This document shows positions 13,656 to 25,284 of a stretch of DNA of 64,000 nt, piece after piece (positions within the stretch are counted from its first letter, which is position 1; each line of letters begins with the position of its first letter). Position numbers and translations under genes: made by a program. Under the pieces are notes generated by a model. That model did no database searches and was not told the origin of the DNA. It saw nothing but the letters and a program-made list of their open reading frames with translations. The DNA lies in NCBI GenBank assembly GCA_964016885.1, contig OZ024746.1, positions 32,364,001-32,428,000 of the forward strand, given 5' to 3'. Origin of the DNA: Eledone cirrhosa (taxonomy: Eukaryota).

Positions 13656-14104
13656 AATGCTATGTATTCTGAAAGTGATGTTCACAAGTAGATCATTGTG
13701 TGGTGTATTGTGTACTCAAAAGAAAAATACATGCATATAAACTCTCTCTCTCACACACACACATATATATGTTCTTTCTTCTCCCCCATTTATATCAATG
13801 GCTCACATTTTTTAACTTGATATCTTACTTTCTTCTTCTTGCCTTTTTCCTTCTTTTCTTCTTTCTTTTCCTCTTTTGTTTCACTCACAAGAGTGAGAGT
13901 TTTGTGCTATAAAAGCACAATACCTTTTCCCTGTCATCATGTATATGTATTTGTCATAGCTTAATTGCTATAAGTTACTGTTTTGTCTCTCATATCTTAC
14001 TCCACTGGACAGTGCTTTGGCTTGTGTCTGATGCTGTTCCAGCATGTCTCTCTTGCCATCATCTGGGGCAATGTATTCTCCATCCTGTCAGCTGGGACAA
14101 AGTG

Positions 14105-16398
14105 GTGGAGGGTAAGATAGTTAAGGGTGGAGGGTAAGTTAGTTGGAGGTGGAGGGTAAGTTAGTTGGAGGTGGAGGGTAAGTTAGTTGGAGGTGGAGGG
14201 TAAGTTAGTTGGAGGTGAAGGGTAAGTTAGTTGGAGTTGAAGGGTAAGTTAGTTGGAGGTGGAGGGTAAGTTAGTTGGAGGTGAAGGGTAAGTTAGTTGG
14301 AGGTGGAGGGTTAGTTAGTTGGAGGTGAAGGGTAAGTTAGTTGGAGGTGAAGGGTAAGTTAGTTGGAGGTGAAGGGTAAGTTAGTTGGAGGTGAAGGGTA
14401 AGTTAGTTGGAGGTGAAGGGTAAGTTAGTTGGAGGTGAAGGGTAAGTTAGTTGGAGGTGGAGGGTAAGTTAGTTGGAGGTGAAGGGTAAGTTAGTTGGAG
14501 GTGAAGGGTAAGTTAGTTGGAGGTGAAGGGTAAGTTAGTTGGAGGTGAAGGGTAAGTTAGTTGGAGGTGAAGGGTAAGTTAGTTGGAGGTGAAGGGTAAG
14601 ATAGTTGGAGGTGGAGGGTAAGTTAGTTGGAGGTGAAGGGTAAGTTAGTTGGAGGTGGAGGGTAAGTTAGTTGGAGGTGAAGGGTAAGTTAGTTGGAGGT
14701 GAAGGGTAAGTTAGTTGGAGGTGAAGGGTAAGTTAGTTGGAGGTGAAGGGTAAGTTAGTTGGAGGTGAAGGGTAAGTTAGTTGGAGGTGAAGGGTAAGTT
14801 AGTTGGAGGTGGAGGGTAAGTTAGTTGGAGGTGAAGGGTAAGTTAGTTGGAGGTGAAGGGTAAGTTAGTTGGAGGTGAAGGGTAAGATAGTTGGAGGTGG
14901 AGGGTAAGTTAGTTGGAGGTGGAGGGTAAGTTAGTTGGAGGTGGAGGGTTAGTTAGTTGGAGTTGAAGGGTAAGTTAGTTGGAGGTGGAGAGTAAGTTAG
15001 TTGGAGGTGAAGGGTAAGTTAGTTGGAGGTGGAGGGTAAGTTAGTTGGAGGTGAAGGGTAAGTTAGTTGGAGGTGAAGGGTAAGTTAGTTGGAGGTGGAG
15101 GGTAAGTTAGTTGGAGGTGAAGGGTAAGTTAGTTGGAGGTGAAGGGTAAGATAGTTGGAGGTGGAGGGTAAGTTAGTTGGAGGTGAAGGGTAAGTTAGTT
15201 GGAGGTGGAGGGTAAGTTAGTTGGAGGTGAAGGGTAAGTTAGTTGGAGGTGAAGGGTAAGTTAGTTGGAGGTGAAGGGTAAGTTAGTTGGAGGTGAAGGG
15301 TAAGATAGTTGGAGGTGAAGGGTAAGTTAGTTGGAGGTGAAGGGTAAGATAGTTGGAGGTGGAGGGTAAGTTAGTTGGAGGTGAAGGGTAAGTTAGTTGG
15401 AGTTGAAGGGTAAGTTAGTTGGAGGTGGAGAGTAAGTTAGTTGGAGGTGAAGGGTAAGTTAGTTGGAGGTGGAGGGTAAGTTAGTTGGAGGTGAAGGGTA
15501 AGTTAGTTGGAGGTGAAGGGTAAGTTAGTTGGAGGTGGAGGGTAAGTTAGTTGGAGGTGAAGGGTAAGTTAGTTGGAGGTGAAGGGTAAGATAGTTGGAG
15601 GTGGAGGGTAAGTTAGTTGGAGGTGAAGGGTAAGTTAGTTGGAGGTGGAGGGTAAGTTAGTTGGAGGTGAAGGGTAAGTTAGTTGGAGGTGAAGGGTAAG
15701 TTAGTTGGAGTTGAAGGGTAAGTTAGTTGGAGGTGGAGAGTAAGTTAGTTGGAGGTGAAGGGTAAGTTAGTTGGAGGTGGAGGGTTAGTTAGTTGGAGGT
15801 GAAGGGTAAGTTAGTTGGAGGTGAAGGGTAAGTTAGTTGGAGGTGAAGGGTAAGTTAGTTGGAGGTGAAGGGTAAGTTAGTTGGAGGTGAAGGGTAAGTT
15901 AGTTGGAGGTGAAGGGTAAGTTAGTTGGAGGTGGAGGGTAAGTTAGTTGGAGGTGAAGGGTAAGTTAGTTGGAGGTGAAGGGTAAGTTAGTTGGAGGTGA
16001 AGGGTAAGTTAGTTGGAGGTGAAGGGTAAGTTAGTTGGAGGTGAAGGGTAAGTTAGTTGGAGGTGAAGGGTAAGATAGTTGGAGGTGGAGGGTAAGTTAG
16101 TTGGAGGTGAAGGGTAAGTTAGTTGGAGGTGGAGGGTAAGTTAGTTGGAGGTGAAGGGTAAGTTAGTTGGAGGTGAAGGGTAAGTTAGTTGGAGGTGGAG
16201 GGTAAGTTAGTTGGAGGTGAAGGGTAAGTTAGTTGGAGGTGAAGGGTAAGATAGTTGGAGGTGGAGGGTAAGTTAGTTGGAGGTGAAGGGTAAGTTAGTT
16301 GGAGGTGGAGGGTAAGTTAGTTGGAGGTGAAGGGTAAGTTAGTTGGAGGTGAAGGGTAAGTTAGTTGGAGGTGGAGGGTAAGTTAGTTGGAGGTGGAA
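14105..16398. repeat. Homogeneous 21-bp G-rich minisatellite (GGGTAAGTTAGTTGGAGGTGRA), about 108 units
   Basis: About 2.3 kb at a 21-nt period; few variants (GA/GG, AAGAT, GGTTAG, GAGAG). Confidence 0.97.
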
Positions 16399-17609
16399 GA
16401 TAGTAGTTCAGATGTCACATATATACATACACTAAATAGATAGAAAAAAAGAAACAATACTGTTATTCTATTTCAAAATTTCACCAATTCCAGTAAAGTT
16501 CTAGTAATTTAACCAACACTTTTTCCAATGACAAAACATGGCTTAGTGGTTAAGGTATTAAGCTCACAATAATCAAGTCGTGAGTTTGTTTCCAGTGATG
16601 CATTGTCGTTGAGCAAGCAAGTTTATTTCATGTTATTCTAGATGATTCAACTGGGACAAAAAATGAGTTATGTCTATAATTCAAAGGCCCAGACTCGTCA
16701 CACACTGTGTCATGCTGAATCTCCTTGATAACTAATTTAAGTGCATACGTGTCCATGGAATGCTCAGCCACTTGCACATTAATTACATGAGCAGGCAGTT
16801 CTGTTGGTCAAACAATTGAAGCACTGATCATTGTAACCAATGGTGGTTCATAACTTTGTCCAACAATAGCTGCAAAGATCTACACTAACCTTTGTTGTGA
16901 TAAAAGTTCTACTCACCTTCCACTAAACTGGTTTATCTGATTTGGTTAAATTGCTATTTCTTCATTCTTTGTAACTATCTATCAGTATACATCTTAAAAA
17001 TAACCGTATATTTTGTCAGTAATTAACCAATATCAAAGTACAGGTAGCCAGCATACTACTGTTGTATAGCAAAAGAGTCTACTCCATTATTACCAGAAAC
17101 CTATCATTTGGAAGCTAAACTACTCTGTAATATTAGGGGGGGAAAATTAGGTCAGATAAAGATATTTTCAAATACAACTGAAAAAGCAGGCTGTTGTTAA
17201 AAGGTGGGTTTTTTATTCAGATAAATATATATCCTATAAAGCTGTCCATAACAATGTGACAAAATATGCTAATGTCAAGAGATATAATTAATTTTCAAGT
17301 ACTAAGATTGCTTCAGAACATTCAACAGAAGTTCTTTTGAAGCAACCAGTAACAAGATACAAACTATTTTATTGGTTGCCAACATTCTAAATATCCATTT
17401 ACAAATTAAATACTAACCTCCAACAACAGACATCTCTACAAATATATTTCTTTATTGACTTAGCTGTTTATTGCAAGTTTTAAAACCAACCATTTAATAA
17501 ATATTTCTATACTGCTCTAGTAATTTTAAACCTGTTTAACTAATTTATGTTTAATGTTAGCCCAAACATCCATAAAATATTTCTCAATCATTAAGCAGAA
17601 CGTTTGATG

Positions 17610-17965
17610 TTTTTAATAAAAATATTTCAAGTTCAAAGCTATCAAGCAGCATTATGTCAAAGCTACATAGCAGCAACATTTCAAAGCTACTCAGCAGCAA
17701 TGTTTTAAAGCTACTCAGCAGCAACATTTCAAGGTTACTGAGCAGCAACATTTTAAATCTACACAGCAGCAATATTTCAAAGCCACTCAGCAAAATATGT
17801 TAAAGTTACTCAACAGCAATATTTCAAAACTATTCAGCAGAAATATTTCAAAACTATTCAGCAGCAACTTTTGAAAGCTACTCAGCAGCAACATTTCAAA
17901 GCTACACAGCAGCAACATTTCAAAGCTATTCAGAAGCAATATTTCAAAGCTACTCGGCAATAATA
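17610..17965. repeat. 24-bp minisatellite (cagcaacatttcaaagctactcag)
   Basis: About 14 imperfect copies; explains the 8-aa SSFEMLLL repeat ORFs. Confidence 0.85.
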
Positions 17966-18419
17966 TTTTGATGTGTGCAACACCAGAACAGCAACAACAT
18001 GGCTGCATATCTGTACAGATTAGAAAGAACATTGATGTCAACAGATAATGAAAAACTGGAATAAGCAAGGAGGTGGGGGTAAAGAAAAGACATATTTCAA
18101 CAGAACTTTCATGAATGACTTACGAAAAATAAAGAATCCAGTCACAGACTTGCTCCAAATATCTTCAACTCCAATTAGAATACATAAAATAAGAACTTCC
18201 CTTTAGTAACAAATAGCAGCCCTCATTAGATAGAAATGGTTCAACAACAACAACAAAGTCACTGCGATCTCCTCCCCTGATAAAAGTATACAACCAATTA
18301 TAAGAATTCTGTTAAAATGGTAAATTTGAGGATTATTATAGGTCTTAATAATAATGGACTTTGGTTTCTGGTGTGTTGGATTCTGTTTTCAATGTCAGTA
18401 TGGAAGACAGATGTAAAAT

Positions 18420-18850
18420 GTTGATGGTAATGGTGGTGGTGATGGTGATGGGGGTTGTAGTGATGATGATCATGGTGAAGGTGGTGGTATTGTTGGGGAT
18501 CTGGCAGTGATGGTGATGGTGGGGATGGTAATGGTGGTGGTGGGGAGGGTGTTGGTGATGTTGGTGGTGGTGGTGAGGGTGTTGGTGATGTTGGTGGTGG
18601 TGGTGAGGGTGTTGGTGATGTTGGTGGTGGTGGTGATGGCAATTGTGATGATGGTGGTAGTGGTGGTAGTGGTGGTGGTGGTGGTGATGGTGGTGGTGAT
18701 GATAGTGGTGCTGGTGATTGATGTGGTGGTGGCAGTGGTGATGGCAATTGTGATGATGGTGGTAGTGGTGGTTGTGGTGGTGGTGGTGGTAGCGATGGTG
18801 GTGGTGGTGGTGGTTGATGGTGTTGTCGATGGTGATGGTGATGATGGTCA
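18420..18850. repeat. (GGT)n-type trinucleotide tract
   Basis: Direct inspection. Confidence 0.9.
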
Positions 18851-19199
18851 AAATAGTGATGATATTACAGAACTGCTACAAAGTTATCTTACTATATATA
18901 AAAACACAGACTTGTATATTCTTCTGTTCTTTAACTGGTTTCAGTCATTGGACTATGACCATGCTGGAGCAGCTCTGCCTTTAGCAACATTTGGTCAATC
19001 ACATCAATCCAATTATTTAGTCAAGTACTAATTTTATCAATTTCTACTCACCACATCATAATGATAGAGCTGCTGCTACTGCTGAAGATGACTGTGGTAG
19101 TGATGGTGCTGCTATTGCTGATGATGATGATGAAGATGACCACCACTATCATCATTATAAATATTTGATATGTCATCTTTTCCATACTGGTATATATGT

Positions 19200-20030
19200 A
19201 AATGAAAGGCAGGCTGTATGATGCCTGCATACGAACAGCAATGTTACATGGCAGTGAAACCTGGCCATTGTGTGCAGAGGATATACGCAGACTGGAGAGG
19301 AACGAAGCTTGCATGCTCCGCTGGATGTGTAATAGTAATATACGTGAACGGCAAAGCATAAACGAACTAAGGGAGAAATTATGAATAAGAGGGATCAGAT
19401 GCTGTTTACTCGAGAGAAGGCTACGTTGGTACGGTCACGTGATGCGCATGAAAGACGACAGCTGTATAAAAAAGTGCAGGGCGATAAAAATAGACGGTAG
19501 CCACGGAGTAGGCAGACCTAGAAAAAACCTGGGATGACTTGATAAATTCCGACCTCACACACTTATACCTCTCCAAGACAATGTCACTTGGACCGAGATC
19601 TTTGGCGATACACAGTAATACAGAAGACCCGCCTTGCCTAAGTACAAAGTGAAACCTACTACAGTCAGTAGGCACCTCTAACAAAAATACACCCCGTCCC
19701 ACTACCCCCACCCCATCCACACCAGCCCTTTCGATGTAAAGTTATGCTGGTACCACAACATCCAGTCCGAAACAAATGAGGTCATGTAGGTGTCACGACA
19801 AAAAAACACACAGTCCACGCTGTAATGTGGCCGTGTAGGTAACACGGTAAAAACCTCCCAGTACACACTGTAAACGTGGTTGGTGTTAGGAAGGGCACCC
19901 AGCCGTAGAAAACCCGCCAGACAGTCCTATACGAGCAAGACAACCAATCTTGCCTCAAGTGGGACAATTCACGTCCAAAACCATGCAAGCGTGGAAGATG
20001 GACGTTAAACGATGATGATGATGATGATAT
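19200..20030 (+). mobile_element. RTE-clade LINE 3' fragment
   Basis: KGRLYDACIRTAMLHGSETW...RRLRWYGHV; 3' UTR and (gat)n tail. Confidence 0.92.
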
Positions 20031-20459
20031 ATATATATATATATATATATAGGCATATAGGCATCTGAGTATGTGTATGTATTATGCAAGTGTGTGTGTG
20101 CATATATATATAATGTGTGTATATATATATACACACATTATATATATATGCACACACACATTTGCATAATACATATACACACATTATATATATATGCACA
20201 CACACACACACTTGCATAATACATACACATACTCAGATGCCTATATGTCAGTGTCTATGTGTATGTATATAGTGGTGGTGATACAGGCACCTCCGCCACC
20301 ACCACCACCAATGACAGTCTACTAAAATCTCCCCCACTCCACCTCACCATAACAGATGTGTAGAAAGAGATAACTATACAACAGTTGATTGTTTCAAATT
20401 CAGTCTTCCTCTGTCACTGAGTCTGTGTTGAGGGTATATATATATATATATATATGTAA

Positions 20460-20496
<37 letters not shown>

Positions 20497-21154
20497 CGTA
20501 TATACCCACACATATATATATATGAGCGTATATACATATATATATATGAGCGTATATACCCACATATATATATATATATGAGCGTATATACATATATATA
20601 TATGAGCGTATATACCCATATATATATATGAGCGTATATATATATATATAAGCGTATATACCCACATATATATATATATATATATATGAGCGTATATACC
20701 CACACATATATATATATGAGCGTATATATATATATGAGAGTATATATATATAAGCGTATATACCCACATATATATATATATATATAAATATATATATAAG
20801 TGAGGGCGCGTGGCTGAGTGGTAAGAGAATTGGATTCGCAATCGTGAGGTTGTGAGTTTGATTCCTGGACCGAGTGATGCGTTATGTCCTTGAGCAAGAC
20901 ACTTTATTTCACGTTGCTCCTTCTACCTGGAGATGCAACCAATAGATAGTACTAGCAATTGGAAAGACCAATGGAAACGTTTCCTCGGTCCGATTTGACG
21001 AAAGTCGATCGATATATATATATATATATATAGGAGGTGAGTTTTATTGTAGTACAATAAAGCAATGCAGATATCGGATAAGAAGCACTCTACAGTTTGT
21101 AGGACTGGAGTATACATAATATAAGATCAAAAGATGGTTAAAGGAGTTCCATGT

Positions 21155-21223
21155 ATTTTATTATGCGCATTTCAAAAACAAACATCATCATGCAATAATA
21201 TTTGTGTTTTCATCAGATAAAAC
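21155..21223 (-). ncRNA. Hammerhead ribozyme (left-arm copy)
   Basis: Reverse complement of the 21328-21396 motif with one substitution in helix II. Confidence 0.75.
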
Positions 21224-21327
21224 AGGAGAACATGATATGAAGGCTAAAAAACACTTGTGGATAGTGCATGTTGATTTAAAACTGCACTATCCACAAGTGT
21301 TTTTTAGCCTTCATATCATGTTCTCCT

Positions 21328-21396
21328 GTTTTATCTGATGAAAAGACAAATATTATTGCATGATGATGTTTGTTTTTGAAATGCGCATAATAAAAT
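21328..21396 (+). ncRNA. Minimal type-I hammerhead ribozyme
   Basis: ttttat CTGATGA aaagacaaa..tttgttttt GAAA tgcgca TA ataaaa: helices I and II pair, helix III palindromic (TGCGCA). Confidence 0.8.
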
Positions 21397-21490
21397 ACAT
21401 GGAACTCCTTTAACCATCTTTTGATCTTATATTATATATATATATATACGATATATTAACAAATGGAAACTATATTTATAAAACCATATT

Positions 21491-21555
21491 TATTTCATTA
21501 AACATATTTCAAGGACACCAAGTCAAATTATGGTGCGCTTTCATCAGATAAAATA
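21491..21555 (-). ncRNA. Hammerhead ribozyme (family of 22512/62450)
   Basis: tattttat CTGATGA aagcgcacca..tggtgtcctt GAAA tatgtt TA atgaaata. Confidence 0.7.
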
Positions 21556-21616
21556 TAATATAGATAAAATATAATATATATATATATATATATATTGAAA
21601 ATTGCAAACTTGAATA

Positions 21617-21655
21617 TGAACCTGAAGATTGCGAAAGCATGAAAGTACTTGTTCA
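21617..21655 (+). ncRNA. Very compact (39-nt) hammerhead ribozyme
   Basis: tgaac CTGAAGA t-tgc-gaaa-gca-t GAAA gtac TT gttca: 5-bp helix I, GAAA-tetraloop helix II (first pair is U.U), palindromic GTAC. Confidence 0.7.
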
Positions 21656-21846
21656 ATTAACATTTAACATTTAATATTCTACCATAGTATTTCATTATAA
21701 TATCATTATAATTTTAAAGGATTGTAAATAAAACGAGTAAATCAGACAAAGTTGGAATTCCTTTTATTAATATACATATATATATGTACATATGTATGTA
21801 TGTGTGTGTGTATTTATGTGTTTGTGTGTTTCTTTGTGTATATATG

Positions 21847-21893
<47 letters not shown>

Positions 21894-21908
21894 GTGTTTG
21901 TATGTTTA

Positions 21909-21939
<31 letters not shown>

Positions 21940-22029
21940 GTGTGTGTATATGTACATGTTTGTGTGTGCTAAGAAGTAACTAAAACAGTTAATGTTAGGA
22001 AAGGCATCTAATCATAAAACACAGCTTGG

Positions 22030-22240
22030 AAATGTACTGTCTTACCCTATGAGAACATGGAAAAGTCCTGCCTTACCCATGAGAACATGGAAAAGTCTTG
22101 TCTAGCCCATGCTAAAATGGAAAAGTCCTGTCATACCCATGCTAACATGGAAAATTCCTGTATAATCTATGCTAGTATGGAAAAGTCCTATCTAACCCAT
22201 GCTAACATGGAAAAGCAGATGTAAAATGATGATGGTGATA
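22030..22240 (+). repeat. ~30-bp tandem repeat derived from the RTE/SINE 3' tail (cccatgctaacatggaaaagtcctg..)
   Basis: About 6 copies ending in the usual gatgtaaaatgatgatg tail. Confidence 0.75.
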
Positions 22241-22300
22241 TATACACATATATTTCTTATAATATTAAATAAATGGAAACTATATTTATAAAACCATATT

Positions 22301-22366
22301 TATTTCATTATATATATTTCAGGGATATCATATTAAAAATATGTTATGCCTTCTTCAGACAAAATA
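22301..22366 (-). ncRNA. Hammerhead ribozyme (left-arm copy)
   Basis: Reverse complement of 22512-22577. Confidence 0.75.
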
Positions 22367-22511
22367 CAATATAAACAGTCTTATAAATAGATAGATTTGA
22401 CATACCTTTCAACTTCAACTTCCATTTAAAAAGTTGATTTGGTAGTTTTTAAATGGAAGTTGAAGTTGAAAGGTATGTCAAATCTATCTATTTATAAGAC
22501 TGTTTATATTG

Positions 22512-22577
22512 TATTTTGTCTGAAGAAGGCATAACATATTTTTAATATGATATCCCTGAAATATATATAATGAAATA
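22512..22577 (+). ncRNA. Minimal type-I hammerhead ribozyme
   Basis: tattttgt CTGAAGA aggcataacatatt-ttt-aatatgatatccct GAAA tatata TA atgaaata. Confidence 0.78.
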
Positions 22578-23689
22578 AATATGGTTTTATAAATATAGTT
22601 TCCATTTATTTAATATCGTAAATATACTCCAAATACTTGTTGAGTGCTTTTATATCAGTTATAAATATTTACTTGTTGTAACCCAACAATTTAAATAAAA
22701 CTTTGCATATATTTCTTATATATATTTTACTATTTCCAGTCACTTTACTGTGGCCATACTGGGGCACCACTTTGAAGAGATTTAATCTCTCATATCAACC
22801 CCAGTACTTATTTTGTCGCTCTCTAATTGTTAAACTGCTAAGTTACTGAGGATAAACAAACAACACTTCCCAAGCTGCATAGTTGTAAACAGAAATGCAT
22901 GCATACATCACTCACACACACAGACAGAGACATAGACACACACACACACACACAGTAAATATACACTGTGTTAATAATAATACTAATAATAATATAATAC
23001 TCTCCAAGTAATGGAATATTCACCTTACGTCAAACAATCATTAAATTTCTGGCTAGTCATCGCCAACGTCACCACCACCACCGTAACACCTGCCTGGTAT
23101 TACCACCACCACCATTGTAACTCTCCCCTGGCATTATCACCACCACCACCACCACCATCACTAACCATTACCACCATCACTAACCATTATCACCACAACC
23201 ACCACCATCACTAACCATTACCACCATCACTAACCATTATCACCACAACCACTGCCATTACTCCTTCCACCATAATTACTAACAACACCACCACCACCAT
23301 CATTATCATCATCAACATTATCCTTATGATGACTATTATTAAGGGTGGGGAAAGAGCAGTGGATTGGCAGCATTGGTAGAGCGGTAGAGCGTCAGACAAA
23401 ATGCTTCGCTGTATTTAGTTACAACTTTCTAAATTCTGAGTTCAAATCCTGCTGATGTCAACTATGCCTTTTATCTTTCTGGGGTCAATAAAATAAAGTA
23501 CCAGCTAAATACTAGATTCAATATAATTCACTTTCCCCTCCTGCTGGCCTTCTTCCAGTGTTAGAAAGAATTTCTGTATATACTTGAATATAAGCTGATC
23601 CAAATATCCCCCCACCCCAATTTTATATCTGAGAAATGGTAACAAATCCAAACCCCATTTATAAGTTGAGGCAGCTAATGAACACATTG

Positions 23690-23910
23690 TTTAGATGGTG
23701 TATATAAACTGGAGTGTTCTCAAGAAGGCTCCACCTTATTCTCCCAGAGCCTACAGCTCTGTTTCTACAAGAAGCTGTATTTATTTCAACATTATCCCTT
23801 ATTAAGTGGCTTGAATTATCTTTCAACTGCAATAAGTAGGGCTCTCTGTTGATTAATCTTAAACCATTAACTGTTAACACAAGTCCATAAGCATATACGA
23901 CGACAACTCT
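23690..23910 (+). mobile_element. Degenerate PLE GIY-YIG endonuclease C-terminal remnant
   Basis: Translates as INWSVLKKAPPYSPRA..LQEAVFI, resembling the I.W.I...A.PY......C.LC..E...I end of PLE proteins; frameshifted. Confidence 0.55.
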
Positions 23911-24055
23911 TATTTTGAAGAAATCAACCATTCTACTGCCACCAGTGGAACTAATTGTAAGTCTTACCTATTTCTATTTCAATTCTAAACTTCACTCACC
24001 ACGTTCCAAACAAACTTCCTTTGTTTACATATCACTATTATGTTATAGCTTCTAA

Positions 24056-24240
24056 GGGCGGTGGATTCGCAGTATCGGTAGAGGGTCGGACGCCATGCTT
24101 TCCAGCATAGTTACGTCCCTTTACGATCTGAGTTCAAATCCCGCCGAGGTTGACTTTGCCTTTCATCCTTACGGGGTCGATAAAATAAAGTACCAGTAAT
24201 GCACTGGGTAATTGCTGGCCTTGTGCCTAAAGTAGAAACA
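24056..24240 (+). mobile_element. Young SINE family A copy with 22-bp target-site duplication
   Basis: actattatgttatagcttctaa at both 24034-24055 and 24241-24262. Confidence 0.92.
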
Positions 24241-24579
24241 ACTATTATGTTATAGCTTCTAAAAATAATGGAAGAAGCTGGGTGGATTCATTGCCATAAT
24301 GGTAGCATACTCATCAGGCAAATGAGAGATGTGGGTTTGCCTTCCATGAGGGCTGAGACCCATTTTTTTCTCTCCACTGGATTTATATACCCCATTAATA
24401 GACTACATTATATAGCCAAAATATTATGGCGAAGCTTCTATTTCTATTTCAATATAAATATTTTTTTACATAGACATTTCTTGCAGCTTCAGTTAAAACC
24501 TGTTGTATTTTTGTACAGATAGGAGTTTATAATATATTTAGCTGCTGCTTAATGCTCTACTTAATATAATCTATATATA

Positions 24580-24992
24580 TATAAAGAAAAAAAGATGAAA
24601 TCGAAAATGCAACTAAAGTCTTATTTAAAAAAAATATATATATATTTATTTGGTTCCTTTACCGGTTTCGCAGTTCTTCTGCTTTTCAAAAGTAGAGTTG
24701 AGATGGAGGGTCTGTGGTTTTTCTCAGTTCTTCTGCTTTTCAAAAGTAGAGTTGAGATGGAAGGTCTGTGGTTTTTCTCAGTTCTTCTGCTTTTCAAAAG
24801 TAGAGTTGAGATGGAAGGTCTGTGGTTTTTCTCAGTTCACAGATGTGAGAAAAACCACAGACCTTCGATCTCAACTCTACTTTTGAAAAGCAGAAGAACT
24901 GCGAAACCGGTAAAGGAACCAAATAAATATATATATTTTTTTTAAAAATAAGACTCCAGTTGCATTTTCGATTTCATCTTTTTTTCTTTATA
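24580..24992. mobile_element. Fold-back element with internal 54-bp tandem triplication and variant hammerheads
   Basis: Left 24580-24726 inverted at 24846-24992; unit gttcttctgcttttcaaaagtagagttgagatggaaggtctgtggtttttctca x3. Confidence 0.8.
24880..24915 (+). ncRNA. Hammerhead-like motif with U3-A8 core variant (second copy at 24657-24692, minus strand)
   Basis: ctt TTGAAAA gcag-aagaa-ctgc GAAA ccgg TA aag; helix I is only 3 bp. Confidence 0.55.
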
Positions 24993-25060
24993 CTTTCACT
25001 CGTGTAGGACACCTCGGTTATTTTTCATTTTGTTAAAAAAAACCCCAAAAACCTCACTTT

Positions 25061-25097
<37 letters not shown>

Positions 25098-25284
25098 GAA
25101 AAAAAATGAGGAAGTTTTGTTTACATATGGAAAAAATTCATTGTGTATTGACCTGTTATACGCGTTTCGCAGAGGACAAAGAATATTTTTTGTCACATCA
25201 CCAGTCTGACAAGAAGATCGATACTGGAGTCAGGTCCATAACTCCTATGGGTCACCTTGAGCCAATCCTCTGTGAATTGCGTGT

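Larger units (their letters stand above)
21116..21435. mobile_element. Fold-back element, 153-bp near-perfect arms, 14-nt spacer, carrying a hammerhead in each arm
   Basis: 21116-21268 is the reverse complement of 21283-21435; (TA)n on the right flank. Confidence 0.85.
22262..22710 (+). mobile_element. Fold-back hammerhead element (171-bp arms; right arm continues to a 3' end next to TA repeats)
   Basis: 22262-22432 versus 22446-22616 inverted; same family as 31581-32099. Confidence 0.85.

Noticed and set aside
14105-16398. Interstitial telomere
   Set aside because: The unit is a 21-mer and true (TTAGGG)n runs are absent.
16917-16992. Minus-strand segment with a good acceptor (ttttaag) and donor (AAG|gtgagt)
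   Set aside because: No convincing reading frame and no partner exons found; it could be a non-coding exon but that cannot be supported.
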